In this document: one piece after another, positions 1 to 14,786 of the stretch | Layout: every line of letters starts with the position of its first letter | How positions within the stretch are numbered: position 1 is the stretch's first letter | Source of the DNA: the human T2T-CHM13v2.0 reference genome, Homo sapiens | Assembly (NCBI RefSeq): GCF_009914755.1 | Contig: NC_060939.1 | Direction: 5' to 3' (one strand) | DNA: 64,000 nucleotides | Made by a program: the position numbers and the translations under genes | The notes under the pieces: generated by a model | The model's input: only the letters and a program-made list of their open reading frames with translations | Database searches by the model: none | What the model was told of the DNA's origin: nothing

Positions 1-432
1 GTCAAGTTCCAGAACACTCAAGAACCACTTTACTCAAAAGATTCACTAATGAAGAAGTAACTACAGATGTACTTTTTAAATTCTTCTCCTATGTATCTTA
101 CTTGCACCCATTTCATTAAAGAGTTTTTTAAGCTTAAAACACCTGGGATGTAATTCCTCTCTCCTTCAGTTCTTTGATCCAAACATAAGGCCTAATCACT
201 GCTTTTATTCACATTAACCCTGTCATCTTCCTCTATTTCCCTCTCCTTCTTTCTTCAGCAGACTCTGAAGAAAACTGACAAGTAGATGTTAATTCCAAGG
301 AAAAGCAAGCCAGGGAAGGGGAGAACCCACAGGAAAGAAAGGCCAAGTCAGAGAACAGAGCTGCTGCTTTGACTTGGCCTTTCCATCCCTGTGTATCCAG
401 CTGGTATCTGGGAGCCATGATAAAAGAATTAC

Positions 433-539
433 CTGTTTTGTTTGTCTCTGGAATTAACATCCGCTCCTCTATCTATCAGCAGTTGACATATTGTTGGCCT
501 ACTCATCTGAGTAGCCAGAACAAGTGGTGTCCGCCCGTC
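433..539 (-). CDS. UACA: UACA coding exon (DGRTPLVLATQMSRPTICQLLIDRGADVNSRDKQN, ankyrin repeat); gene continues beyond the window start
   Basis: 107 nt flanked by cttag acceptor and gtaatt donor; phase 0 in, phase 2 out; in frame with the previous exon across a 103-nt intron. Confidence 0.95.
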
Positions 540-642
540 CTAAGCAACAGGAAAAATAAAACAGCATTAAGACAACAGATCTCCCAAAATGTAGAAGTTA
601 GAATGCATGAGTTGAAATGAGAATAAACATAAACTAACTTAC

Positions 643-713
643 TACATCTTTGGCATTCACAGAGGCCCCATGGTCACAAAGCAGCTGTATGCTAGAAGGA
701 CAATCTGCCATTG
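643..713 (-). CDS. UACA: UACA coding exon ((A)MADCPSSIQLLCDHGASVNAKDV)
   Basis: 71 nt, taaag acceptor and gtaagt donor; phase matches both neighbours; ankyrin motif GAxVNAKD. Confidence 0.95.
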
Positions 714-1783
714 CTTTAAGGAACAAAAGAAAATGATAAATGGTGAACATCTGTTGGTAAGACACATAGTGTTTTTCTAGGTCCATATAAGGAATAAGTT
801 TTTCAATTTCTAAATTACCAAGCTTCACGTCCTTCACTCTTAGTTTAGCATTATAAGCACAATTTTTCATCTGAAAATGGATTAGACAAGATTATAAATT
901 GTCTACAATTTATTAGGACCAAGGAATAACGTCAACCTTGTAGAAGACAAGAACACACTACTATTCTAAGGATAAGCACAGACAATAAAAATCAAAGCTA
1001 AATTTTGTACTTACAGTATATTTTTAAACATGGCTATAACTGACTTGATCCTTGAAGTGTTGGCTCAGTTTTTTTAAAGAATCATATCCATTTTTTATAG
1101 AATAGTCACAGTAAGTAAAGTATGAATCATACAATTCATATTTCTCATAAAAGCAGAGATTGCAATGTCTACCTTTATGCAAAGTAAGGTCATTTTGCTA
1201 ATAATTATAAAATCACATTATGCTTCTTTGACTAACACTATAGTTCATATTTATATTAGGAAAAATTATTGTTAAATTCATAAAGTAGGATTATGTTTAC
1301 AATCCCCATGAATTTTTTAAGCCTTATGAGTTGACATACATTATAAGCACAAAAAGTACTGACAAAGTGAGCATTCTTTTTTTTATTGGTGAAATAATAG
1401 AATTAAACCAAACATAAGAAAATCAAGTAAATTTTCACTTTTCGTCTCTAATCCAGCAAATCTTTTATATAAAATGTATCATCAGCTTTAAGAAAAAGAT
1501 AAACTGAACCTGAAAACATTAATTCAGGAACTGTAAAATTAGCGACCCTTTACGTCCAATTATAAATGAGAATTTAAAAATGTAAAGCATAATAAATTCC
1601 AGAGTTTACAGATTACTAGATCATGAAGAACCGCTTAAAGCCAAAAAGAGAAAACTGCAAACCACCCAGAAATCCTAGACTTTGAGCTAGATGAAGTAAA
1701 TGAGTTTGTTTATATATCCTCTCCTTTGGGAGTATGTGGGAAGTAGGGGCTTTGGAGATATTTGGAAGGCCAGAGAGTTGAAC

Positions 1784-2235
1784 TGTAGCAGAAAATGCAG
1801 TATTTTACCAAAATTTGTTCTCCTCTTCTTCTACTATAGAGTAGGTTTCGGAATATGACTAGTCACCTAGAGAGTTTATTTCTGAGCCTCCCTTGCAGAT
1901 AAATATAGCCAATTGATTTTGCTCCTATCAGTAGAATATGAATGGAGAATAATCTACTACTTCCAAGTCTGAGTTCCAGACTTTGGGCATGTATTCCACT
2001 AGGCTCTCTCCTCCTTCCTGCTAGCTAGAATACGGCTACGACCACAACTCTGCTTCAACCTTGCAGTTAAGGAAGATACTCACAGGTAAGTGGAGAAACA
2101 AGATAGAAAGAATTCAGTTTTAAAATGACCATGAGTGACCTGTCAATATATATCACTCAACAATTTTTTTAATAAGCAGCTGATATTGGAGTTCTTTTGT
2201 TATAGCAACTTAGTTTCCATCCTAGCTAATGCATC
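1784..2235 (+). mobile_element. Old MaLR LTR (MLT1 family)
   Basis: TGTAGCAG start, 'cctcccttgcag..atatagcc' and 'ttgttatagcaac..ctaatgca' MLT1-like motifs; highly diverged. Confidence 0.55.
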
Positions 2236-3013
2236 TAACTAATAAGTATAAAGATTTCAATTGGTCAAGTTGTACCAGTTTTTAAAGCAGGGATAATAAA
2301 ATATATGGTTAACTTACAGGGGTCATTGTGAGGCTCAAATGATAATGGAAAAATGCTTTGCAAATACAGTAATACCCTTCTATATTAAAAAAAAGAAATG
2401 CATTGTGTGAGAAATTATCATACAAATAAAATACAAAAAGCAAAATTTTTAAAAATTAAGGTATAAAATTTTGAAGGAAATTTGAAGTATAATATGTCTT
2501 CAGTGCAGACCACCTTAATCTACTGCATATATTCCATATACATGAAAAGAGAAAGTAGACTGTTTTTTTTCCTTTGGCCTTATAGTTAAATGTAGGAATA
2601 TCAGACTTAGCAAGAGGTCAGGCTATCTTACATTCCAAAAATACCTAAATATATAACTTTTTTCAAAGTACTTTCTTTAAGACACCTAAAGAATAATGCA
2701 AATAAATTTAGACACACAAGTATAATAAAATCTCTAAAAATCAGTATAAATCTCTTTTAAAATATAGCACATTACAGTGATATGAAATTCAGCACTGACA
2801 TCTCTAAAGGAAAACAACTACCACCATTAATTAAGAAATTATTATGTGCCAGGCACTACTTATGATTTGATTATACTTATTAATACTACTTATTGCAGTA
2901 GTATTATTAACTTCATTTTGCAAATGAGAAAAAAGAGGTTCAGACATGTTAATTAGGTAAACATAGTTTAAGGAAAGTCTTCTTCCCATTTCTCCAATTC
3001 CCAAAGACATGAA

Positions 3014-3047
3014 ACACACACACGCACACACATTCTCTCTCTGTTTC

Positions 3048-3082
<35 letters not shown>
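3014..3082. repeat. (CA)n/(CT)n compound microsatellite
   Basis: Direct inspection. Confidence 0.9.
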
Positions 3083-3346
3083 GCTTGGAGCTCCTTGTGA
3101 GCAGGATTATAGTTTATCTACCTTTGTACCTTTAGTATCTAGCAAGCTGACTGGCCTGTAAATACTGACTGAATGAATCTTTTTAAGCGGTATAATCTAA
3201 TAAATCTCTAATTTGTGCAAACAGGTTTTTAATATTCTTTGTTTCTCCATGAATTATATAAATATCTATGTGTTAAAACCCTGAAATTAATTCAAATGAC
3301 TAGACATTTTAACAAATATTTGTATCCAAGGGAAACCACTGCTCAC

Positions 3347-3404
3347 CGGCATCGTGAAGTGCAGTTCTTCCCTGCAGGTCTGCATGCTCAGTGGGACAAT
3401 TGTA
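3347..3404 (-). CDS. UACA: UACA coding exon (YNCPTEHADLQGRTALHDA)
   Basis: 58 nt, aacag acceptor and gtgagc donor; ankyrin GRTALH motif. Confidence 0.95.
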
Positions 3405-4191
3405 CTGTTAAAGTAAAGAAAACTTAGTAAAGTAGGAGAGTTTTATTTTAAAATTAGATATCCAGACTCAGATGAACAGCTGTTATTTAATCTTAAAATA
3501 TTCCACTTATCAAAGAAGCTAAAGACTATCCGACAATCCATGAAATATGCTGACATGGAACAAATACAGTAACATTATATAACTAAATTAACAATATTTC
3601 ACCAAACAGGAAACATATGGTACATTATAATGAATGGCATGAAATACAGGAAAATATGTATTGTTTGGGGTTTTTTTTTCCACCAAGAATTAAAACTTGA
3701 GATACTGAATCAGAAAAGCAGGTGAGTTCTGCTATGAAACTTAGTGAATATGTTTATAAAAATGTATGACTGAAATATTTGATGGGAACTTTAGCCAACT
3801 AGTTAGAATTTTGTGGTTATCTGATTAAAAATGTAATAATATTATGTAGTATAAGTTATCTGTGTTTGAATAGAAATATACAGGTCCTATGTTGTATTAC
3901 TTTATCTTCCACGATAGTCTAGACAACAGAAAATTCCAACCTTCAGCTATGTCAACAGGAAGGTCAAGCCTTTGTTATTTATTTTTAATACACTGAGTTA
4001 TGCAATTCACTTCCCTCAGTTTTTGCTCTTTATTGTTCACATTCCTTCACAAATGATGGAAAAAATATGTAAGCTCATAGTCAAAGTTAGTTTACTATTC
4101 TCTTTGATCTAAAATTCCAAAAACACATTAAAAGTACATCTATGATTTGTTGTCAAAATAATAAAGCTAAAGTATTAACCACTTCCACTAC

Positions 4192-4256
4192 CTGTAGAAG
4201 TTTTTGTAGGCACAATGCATGTCCATACTTAGCAGCCAGGTGAAGAGCATTTCTCC
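4192..4256 (-). CDS. UACA: UACA coding exon ((G)RNALHLAAKYGHALCLQKLLQ)
   Basis: 65 nt, atag acceptor and gtagtg donor; ankyrin repeat core; lies inside track ORF 4153..4344. Confidence 0.95.
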
Positions 4257-5056
4257 CTATAAATAATTTAAGATACATGTGAAGGATTATTTTCTTCATA
4301 TGTAAATTGAGGATTTTTATAGAAATATGATTCTTTTTTCCCAAAACTAGTTGACAACATACTTAATCTGTAAGTATACTTTCAGTTTCCAAAGATGTTT
4401 CATCTAGCTTGATATTTTAGTAAGAGATGATATACGTACCAAAACAATGAAGGTAGAAAGAAAAACTAATTATAGAAATCTATAACAAGCAGGAACTTTG
4501 TTGTATTCACTACTATATCCCCAGCATGTAGAACAGTACCTAAAACACAGCAGATAATTAAATACTGGCACAGAGAAAAGGGAAAGGAGAGAAAGACAAT
4601 GAGGAAAGAAGAGAGAGAAAGAAATACCAAGATTTCACATTACATATCCAAATAGGCAGTGTGGACACTGAAAATTGAGAAAGTTAAGAAGCGTAAGGCA
4701 TAGAAAGGGTATTCCTTAACTGATTTTTCATGCTTTGGCTAAAATTCAAAGTTTATTATGTAATTCTATCTCTGAAAATCAGACAACTCATGCAAATATA
4801 ATTTGTATAAAATGTGCATTTTAAAGGAAATGCCAAAGGGGGTAGGGAGGAGAGGTTACCAGGTAATCTGAAAGGTTAATTCTGAATACCAGAAAAGAAA
4901 CTTGTAGGAACTATCTACCTCCAAACCCTATTTTTCCTAATTATATTTCTTTATACAAACACCTCTTGGATGGTGAAAGATATAAGGATTTAACCAGGCT
5001 ATTCCAACTTCTAACATTTAATGCTCTTAATTTCCCTCTAATCTCACAAACTTCTT

Positions 5057-5355
5057 TTCTTTTCAATTTATTCTTTTAGAGATAAGGTTTCACTCTGTCA
5101 CGCAGGCTAGTGTGCAGCCTCATAGCTCAGTACAGCCTCGAATGCCTGGGCTCAAGCGATCCTCACAGCTCAGCTTCCAGAGTAACAGGGACTATAGGCT
5201 CGTGCCACCATGTGCAGCTAATTTGTTTAATTTTGTGTAGAGACAGGGGCTCACTGTATTGCCCAAAGTGGTCTTGAACGCCTGGCCTCAAGCAATCCTG
5301 CTGCTTTGGTCTCCCAAAGTAATAGGATTACAAGCATGAGACATCACACCTGGCC
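5057..5355 (-). mobile_element. AluJ
   Basis: Antisense dimeric Alu; TSD ACAAACTTCTT on both sides. Confidence 0.9.
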
Positions 5356-5381
5356 ACAAACTTCTTAAAATATAATTTGGG

Positions 5382-5681
5382 GGCCGGACACTGTGGCTCA
5401 CATCTGTAATCCCAGCACTTTGAGAGGCCTAGGCAGGTGTATTGCTTGAGCCTGGGAGTTGAGACCAGCGTGGGCAACATAGTGAAATCCCATCTCTACA
5501 AAACATATAAAAATTAGTCAGGTGTGGTGGTGTATGCCTGTAGTCCCAGCGACTCAGAAGGCTGAGGGTAGAGGATCACTTAAGCACAGGAGGTCAAGGC
5601 TGCAGTAGCCATGATTATGCCACCACACTCTAGCCTAAGTGACTGAGCGAAATCCTGTCAGAAAAAAACAAAAACAAAAAC
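5382..5681 (+). mobile_element. AluJ
   Basis: GGCCGG start, diverged dimer, A-rich tail, flanking ATAATTTG repeat. Confidence 0.9.
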
Positions 5682-7172
5682 ACCATAATTTGATTTCACA
5701 AGTAGACCTTTTTGCTAGAAGAGTAATTTATGTTTTATTCATCTTGGAGGGATAAATAAATTGGCTTTCAACTCTCTGGTCACTTCCACGTAGCTGACTA
5801 ACCAGGTTGCAGAACAAAACATAGTGAGTCCAGGTCTTTCAGGTTTTTCAATAAGTACAGATACAATACATTCAACCACACCCAAACATCCTCTAATTAC
5901 AAGTCAATCAGATGTGATCATTTCAAATTTCAATTTGCTCCTGTTCATGGACAAGTGTCCTAGAAACATTTCACATTGTGAAAAGTGACTAAAATAACTG
6001 TCATTTACATGTAAAGTAAGAGATAGCATGGAGTGGAGATGGTAGGGTTAGGCACAGTGGCAACAGTACCTGGTGTTCAACAAAATGCTACAGAAACTTG
6101 GTCACATAAAAATGTCAGATCAGGGATAAGGAAATATCAAATCTAGCCACTTGAGATACGGCAGCAAAAAACCAAGGAAACACCAGATCTAAAGCATACC
6201 AACATAAATTACAACACAGGTGCATACCTGGTAAGACCTAAGTAACAAATATCTCAAAACTGCACTAATTTGAAATCTGGTCATTTTAAATACACTTTAA
6301 TATTAAACAGCACTTAAGATAATACACATAAAGATGTGTATTCACATTGTTCAAATATCTACATCTGGATTATAACAGACATTATAGCAATTGAGAAAAG
6401 ACCCTTGTATTCAATAAAGGACAACTCTAGGGACAAACATTATAAAACATATCAAATGAAAATATAAATAGCAGCAAAAACAAAAGACAGAAGAGTTAAA
6501 CACGGTATGTTGGGGTGCAATATATGAAATAATGTCTGCTGAGCTTGGGGAAGCATTTGAGCTTGATCTGCAAAGAAAGAAGGCAAGCAGAAGTCACTAG
6601 ATTAGCCACTAGGCAAAATGTCCAGAGCAGAAAGAATACAGACAAAAACAAGAAAGATACCTGTTTGAATTGGGATCCACACAATAAATAGTCTTAAGAG
6701 CTCTGAAGAGGTAAGGTTAGTCCAAAATTTCTAAAAATAAATATTCTTCTACATCAATGGAAAGCATATATAAGCAATAAACACATTTCTTTGTTCACTC
6801 AAAGGTAGCAGATAAATTGAATTTGGTCTTCTTAGAATCTGATGTATTCTTAAGTAAAGATTTACCTCACTAATTCAATTGTGATCTGTCTCCCTCTCCC
6901 TCCCTTCCATTTCTAAACACAATGCTGGGTAAAAGTAATGTATTTATTTGCCCCTACATGGAATCACAGGATAAAAAACTGTAAAAACTAACAAACAAAA
7001 GCCTTTTAGTTCTGGGTCAACTCCTGTATTTAATAGAAAAACAAAGTATAACTGCAAAGAACTAAGCTGTCAACAGTCCCAGAGAAGTGAGAATGTTTAT
7101 CCTGATAGATAGAAAACTAGCACTCTCATGGAACAAAAGAGATAGTTATATTCAAATACTTAAAGGTCTACA

Positions 7173-7227
7173 TTTGATGTACAAACTTCTTTGATGTACA
7201 AACTTCTTTGATGTACAAACCTTTGTT
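7173..7227. repeat. 17-bp tandem repeat (TTTGATGTACAAACTTC) x about 3
   Basis: Two perfect units plus a near-complete third. Confidence 0.9.
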
Positions 7228-7926
7228 GTAAGATTTTAAAGGACAGACAAAGGTACAAATAAGTGTAAGCAGAAAACTGAGTTAGAAATATATTTCGATT
7301 CTCTATAAAAAATGATTTTTTTATAAATATAGCTAGGCACAGAATGGGTTCCTTATGAGGCATAATGGTTAAGAATACAGATTCTGACTGCGACTTAGCT
7401 ACTGAAGGGCCTTGGGCCAAATTACTTAACAGCTCAGGGCCTCAGAACTTCTCTGGGTTCTGAGAGAATAAAATGAATGAGAATAAAATGAATGGGTAAA
7501 GTGCTTAGAAGAATAGCTATTAAATGTTATATACATGTCAGCTATTCTTGTTATTATTGTTGTCCTTGATGATAATGCTGTTAGGTAGCAGTTAGTTCTC
7601 CATCACAAGAAACATCCAACCAAATGCCAAATGGTCCCTAATGGTTCTTCAAAATCTGAGATTCTAGGATTCTGTAACACTACTAGGACCTGCACTAGAA
7701 TTCAGGTCTCCAACTGCTCGTCAGTAAAGCAATCCTTTCTCCTAAATTCCCTATACTTGACCTCTCCCACAATACCTCAGAAGTAAACTCTTTCTCAACT
7801 ATTTTAAAAACAGAAAATTGAGGACATCTCTCTTTATATCACATTTAGGTCTGAATAAAAATGTTAGCAGTGGACAATGTTTGTTTTCACTTTATGTTTT
7901 ATAATTAACTATGGAGGCAAACATAC

Positions 7927-8015
7927 CTGCAGTGTCACTGGTTGTAATATCAACTCCATGTATAAGGATGGCATTCAAACACTCAAGATTCCCCTTTGAG
8001 GTCACAACATGGAAG
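7927..8015 (-). CDS. UACA: UACA coding exon ((V)FHVVTSKGNLECLNAILIHGVDITTSDTA)
   Basis: 89 nt, tttag acceptor after a T-rich tract, gtatgt donor; phase 2 in, phase 1 out, matching flanking exons. Confidence 0.95.
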
Positions 8016-10678
8016 CTAAACAAAAAAAAAATATTTGTTGTGCTAAGGAAACAACCAAAGGTCACCTTAAATGCTACATTAATGTCACCCTTTTTCAACA
8101 CACACACACGCACACAAACACACACACATTTTAAAGGCTACATTAGAACACCTACATATTTAATTAAAATTAAAAAAAGAAACCTATCTCATTTACATAA
8201 GGGGCCAATACTTTCTAAAAATACCTGCTTAGAACCAATGAAATATACTAATGTGCAAAAGCCTTAATAAGAGAAAATTTATACTATAATATCATTAACT
8301 CTAAAGTTTATAGCAAAAGCATTGCTGCTTGGATCTTAATAAATGCACTGAAAATTTTCTATCAGATTATTTTATTTAGTTTCAAATAGTTTCATTATTT
8401 TATTTAGTTTAGCAGAATGCTGAGGCCAAAGACAGATCCAAACACTTACCTTTTCTCTTTAGAATTATCAAACTAAACCTGCTTAGAAAAGCCTTCAAAA
8501 CAACAAGCTAAACTACCCTTAAAATCACAAAAGAATCAGCGCCTTCTTCCCAAACATTACCAACTAATTACCAACTACCAACTAATTCTTCCTTTTGTTC
8601 AAAGGCCTGGGCTTGTATGATTGGCTGAAGTTTCACATGAACAGGAATAACTGAATAAGTTTCCTAATAAGGCAAGTTAAAGTTAAAAAACTAACTTTAA
8701 GCCATCAAGTATTCAAAATGCTAGTTAACAATATTTCATTATTTATTTAGTCATCTAATATTTTATTAATCAACAAACATTATAGAAATATTTTGTGTGC
8801 AATGAGAACTGACATTCTGTAAATCTATGAATTATGCTGAGTTTAACAAAAAGAACTGCCACTGACATTGAATATTACTCTACAAATCCAAACAGGTAAA
8901 TACAATAGTTGTTGGCAAAGGATGTTGAACTCAAGTAGAAATAGAACTGAGGCCTTAAGTAAGTGCAATAACCATTCTAGAGATGCCAGGAAACAAAAAA
9001 TGTGAAAGTGCTCAGCAGGTGCCAGGATACAGATACACTCTTGTAGCCCACTCTCAGCAGAGGTCTTCCCTGACCACACCATTAAAATTTTTTACATTTT
9101 CCCATTCACCAAAACCTTAGTACTCCTAGTTCCCCCAATCCCTGCCTTTATTATTCTATAGAGGATTTAATATTTTGGAATAGAATAAATTCATTACTTT
9201 CTTTATAGTCTATCAATCTCTTCCCACTCAACTATAAACTCAATGAAAGCAGGGATTTTTGTCTAGTTTTGCTTCCTATTACATCCCCCGAACCAATAAC
9301 AGTGCCAGTCAAATGACAAACCCTCAAATATTTGAATAACTGCATGCTTGGAGACAAAATCTGAAGATAGCTTACAAATTCGTTTCCAGATATTACAAGA
9401 CTCAGTCTTGCGACGCTATTAGTATTACGATGGATATAAATGCAAACTATAGACAAAGCACCACCAAGTAAAGCAGGTTTGTGTACAATCCGAATTAGAA
9501 AGCTGTTTCTGGTAAAAGGAATATAGTATTCTTAAGAGTCAGGTAAGTTCTCCTTCTACTAAATTAAATCGCTATAAGGCTGAGTATCTCTGCCTTATAA
9601 TCTCTCTGCCACAATGAAACTGGGAATTATACTATGCAATGCACCATTAGAACCTTTTGAAGAATGCTAATTTCCTTTAGCAAAGGTAGTCTCCCAACAA
9701 TCTTAGAGATATCATTGTTTTGTTGTTTGCTTGTTTTCATTTCTTAGCTCACAAAATGTGGAAGACCTCTTTCTTCAAAAGAGGTCAACATTATAATGAT
9801 GATGTACAAAAGGGCAGAAATCACAACAAATCTACAATGCATTAGTAATGCTGATGTGCTATAAATAGATGTGCTTTGGAAAGAAGATACATCAATCATT
9901 AAAACATGCAAAGAATTGTATAGGAAATATGAAAAATTGCTTTATAAAAAATACTATTTTGCAATTTAAAAATCAACTCTATGTTTTCTTCTTTTAAAAA
10001 CAAGACATGGACTTCTATAACAGGAGATATATGTAACCTGGACAAATGTTACTACTGAGGACAACTAGAAAAGCTGCAAAAAATATGAGACATATGCTTA
10101 AAGGTGTCAGTGAGCTAACAAAATAGTAAAAAGTTACTAGGCCAAGATGCAAGGTAGGAAGAAGGCCCAGAGAAGTGCGCTTAGTATTTCAGGCCACTTT
10201 TTCCCTGGGAACATTTGCTGATTCCAGAGAAACAGGAGACTGAACAGCACTTTGACAGCCTTGAGGAAATGGGGAGACACAAACTGGAGTCCACTGTTCT
10301 CCAAGTAGCAATGGAATCCTTGGTGAACCTTCCCCATCTTGGATTGGGCCCTGGAAGGGCTGTACCTTAGGAGAGAGGCGAACAGAAAGAAAACAGATCC
10401 TTGTGGTAACTATGGCTAGGCTTCAAATATTTCATTTTTGAAACCAAATTGAGCTCAAGAAGCACATGTTCTTTTGTCTTAAATTTAGAAATAAATTTCA
10501 AAATTAAAAACAATCATTTGAAACAAATTGTTTTTGTAATTGTAAATACAGAAAATATATTTGTAACATGTCCCACACTTGACTAAATACAACATGCTTT
10601 AATTAAGAATACAGTTTGTGTGTGAGTAAAAAAAGGGAAATACTTTATTCTATGAATCCTAGAAAGAATTCTACTCTT

Positions 10679-10994
<316 letters not shown>

Positions 10995-12436
10995 CTATGA
11001 TGAAAACTTCAAGACTAACACTCCTCAAATAGTTCAAAAACTAAAGTTCACAGTTCATCAAATTACACCACTATAACTGACTATTTAATGTCACTCAAAA
11101 TTGAACCTTATATCAAGAACTCCAAACAAAAACTCAAGCCACCAGTCACTCAAAACATTCGAAGTATGAATGGGCAGAACTGATTTCAGTGATATAGGTT
11201 TCACTGAAAAGTTCCATCCCAAAAAAGATTCACTTCATCTTTTAACATCTTAGCATTTGAGAAAAAAGAAACATGAAGAACAATATCACTTTTGGATATT
11301 AAATTTTCACAATTTATGCTGTGAGCCCTATAAATAGCTTAAAATTCAGTAATGGGGCAAGATTCAAAATAACCAGTGTTTCCATAGCTATCAAACTGCT
11401 ACTTGATAAAAGTGAAACATTATGAACTTGAAACTTTTCCAACTTTATTGCTCTTAAAAACTACTTAATTTATAGTCCTGCTGTTATCTTTACTATATTT
11501 AATACCTAAGCATTCCAAGGCAGTGACCCACATCACACATTAACTATTCACTTCCTAATATTCATTTCTATATTTAGTATCTGGTTTCCAGTTATAATAT
11601 TCTGAATAAATTCATGCAAGTAAAGACTGAGAAGAATTTTAGGAAATGAGACTTTTCACCTCTAACTTTGAAAGGGTTCCCAGATAAGGTTTTAAATGCT
11701 ATAAGTATAGAGGGTCATAACAGGGACTAGATCTACCCTTTAACCCAACTGCTCCCCACCTACAACAAGAAGGAAAATAATGAAGATTTGAGACGGGGAA
11801 GGGGAGAAGACAGACACATCGTTCATAAGCATATATACAAGCCAACAGTTCTCCTCAGTAACAAAAAAACAAAAGGGTGGGATTATTACCTGTATCTCCC
11901 TAAGCCACAGTAGTTATCCTGCCTCCTTTCTGCTCTAAGCATTCTCATTTAAGTGAATTACCCAAGTATAAAAATGGATTGGGGGTTGGGAGAAAAGACA
12001 GGGTAATTTACAGAACTCTTCGAAGACACAAAGCTTGGGTTCACATTCCAGCTCTGTGACTTTACCTGAAATGAGACCAAAGTATTTAACCTCTGCAAAC
12101 TTTTTCCCACTTCTTTTATCAGGCTGCTTCAAAGAGCAAATATGATAAGGAATATAAAAAGGCTTATAATGAAAATGCACCAAATAACCACAGGCTGTGG
12201 TTTGCCACTGGGCCTAAACAATTCTAGACCACTGGATAGTATTCTAGTGTTCCCTCTCTAGACTGGAAATATTTTAAATTGAGAACAATTATTAGTTTGT
12301 TTGAAAGATTTTATAGTGCAGGTTTTGGCAGAATTTCTTAATAAGTAAGTTGATAACTACAATTCACAAGTTTCATTTGTATCCCAAGACTATCCAAATT
12401 CCCTTCAGACATGCTTTTATCATCAATAATACTTAC

Positions 12437-12570
12437 ACAGATCTGCCTTCCACATCTAGTTTGCCTGGATTGACCCCCTTTTTAGCAAGGATTGACGTCA
12501 CTTTTTCTACATCCCCCCTTTCTGCTGCTTTCATCAATCGGTCATCATATTTATTCCAATCTGCTGCATG
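12437..12570 (-). CDS. UACA: UACA shared coding exon 2 (HAADWNKYDDRLMKAAERGDVEKVTSILAKKGVNPGKLDVEGRS)
   Basis: 134 nt, tttgtag acceptor and gtaagt donor; WNKYDDRLMKA N-terminal motif of the UACA/RAI14 family. Confidence 0.95.
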
Positions 12571-13211
12571 CTACAAAAAGGAAAAAAAAAAGTAAATATG
12601 GCATACTACATTAGTTAAGATTTTTCTAAAGAAAGAAAAAAGAGAGAAAGGAAAGCAGTACTGCATAATACATCACTTATTTTCCAGTTGCATTCCAAAT
12701 TTCCTTCTCCCTTCTGTGCTAACTTCATTAGGAGAGCAGAGTTATAAAATCTTCCCAAAACACATGATATACAAGAAACATTTAAAATTATACTTTTGAG
12801 GGAAAGCATGTTTCTTTTGTTCTCTGTCCAGTTCTCTTTGCCTTTGAGGCAAAAAAGGAAATCAATAACTACTGAACACCTACCCTGTACCAGGCACTAA
12901 AGTCCCAATCAACCCTAGTAAACTAAAATTATCATCTCCATTTAGCAGATAAGAAAAGCCAAGGCCCCAGAGACAGTAAATGTCTTAAGTGTTCAAAAGC
13001 CCAACCATGACTTCTATAGTTCCAAAATCAGTGTGCTTTTCCCATACCCTTTCAGATTTCAAATCACACTTTTAGATTTGGCTCTGGTTACATAGCTCCT
13101 AGGACTCTTAGATGCAGTGGAATTCTACATACATTTTAAGAAACTACCCCCCCCCAACACAGACATTTATTTAAAAAGTACTGTTGGAAATATATTTATG
13201 GAGGCAAATTG

Positions 13212-13251
<40 letters not shown>
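13212..13251. repeat. (TA)n(CA)n microsatellite
   Basis: Direct inspection. Confidence 0.9.
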
Positions 13252-14786
13252 TTCTATACAGAAAGCAATTCATTATGTTTATATATTAGAATAAAATAAA
13301 ACTTTTACATAGAAAAAACTAAAAATGACAGACTCTAAAGTATTAACTGCTTAACATCTAAAAATATTAAGATTACAAGTTACTTTCATTTTCTCCCTTT
13401 TTACATTCCACATGTATTGTTTTTATAAAAAATGTTTTTTATTTTAATAAAAATTCTGTGTATGTGTATTTAGATTAAAGGTGGGGGTTTTAAGAAGGAT
13501 GTCTCATATAACATACATTTTAATCGTATCAAGGTTACCTCTAACTTTAGAGAAAATACATTCAAGGTATTCTGAAGCCAATAACCTAGATCTTTTCTCA
13601 ATAAGCATAAATGTCAGAAGATAGAACTAAAATACATGTTACTTAAACAGGTGAGATTTTAGCCTTTTAAAATATTATACCAATTTACTAGTAAATTCTG
13701 TGCTAAATCCAGTATTATTTCTAGAACAAAAAAAGATCTGGATATTTTTCACTTAACTTACAAAATGAATCCTATGGCCACAAATACCCTAACAAATCTG
13801 AGAAAAAAACTGAATCACCTGTATATCCTCTACATGTTTGATCAATATAATTTTATATCTACTATTCCCTATAAACCAAAAAAGAAAAGTTAAAAAAAAT
13901 CACCATCACTAACTTTCTTGTTAAACAAGTAATGTAAAATTAAATACTTGATGTAGAAAATGAATATGAAAACTGAATATGAAAAAAAGACAAATACATT
14001 AAAATTTTAACTCACTTCTGAAATTTAATATTTTAATGGAACCTGGTTCAAGTACCTACACAGATTTCAGAATTGTCTCTAAATTACTTAAATTTGGTGA
14101 TGAACCTACTTCCTCCTAACTTCAAAAGTTTAAACTGCCAACTATGAGTACAGAATAACCCTACCTATGGGCTCCAAGTCTAAGCTACATTTTACGCATC
14201 ACCTTTCTTAAGCTTTAAAACAAAAACAAAACAGTTTACTGACTCTAATTTGGGGAGTGGTCGTGGACATAAGCTTACAAGACATTGTGTTTTCAAATGC
14301 CTAAAGGATTAAATCATGTTTAACACACAAATGCTTGTTCTAGATTTGATTAGTCTATCCTTACAATTAAAACAATCTCCAGTTTATTTCCAAGTAAACT
14401 TGCTGGTGGAAAAAAGAGCCATTTAAATCACCACAAAGTTGTAAAAATCCAAAAATAAGGCTTTCTTTAAAGATAATTAAATGTGATTAAAGTCTCACAT
14501 TATCATATGATTTTCAGTTCTACACCAAGCACCATTTTCAGCTCTGATTCACTGTCAGTTAACAGTAACACTGTACAATTATTAAGATTTTATCATGTGC
14601 TTTTTAAACCCAGAGAAAGAAAGAACTTTTGTTTACTATTACTAACCCCAATCTGCTAATCAACTTAATCAAGAAGAAAACAATAAAGCAAACCAAATTA
14701 ATAAAACAGTAGTGCATTTTAAAAGAACACAGTTCAGAAAGTCTAACCAAGAATCTTTTGTTACACTAGACTACTGGGATACCTAC

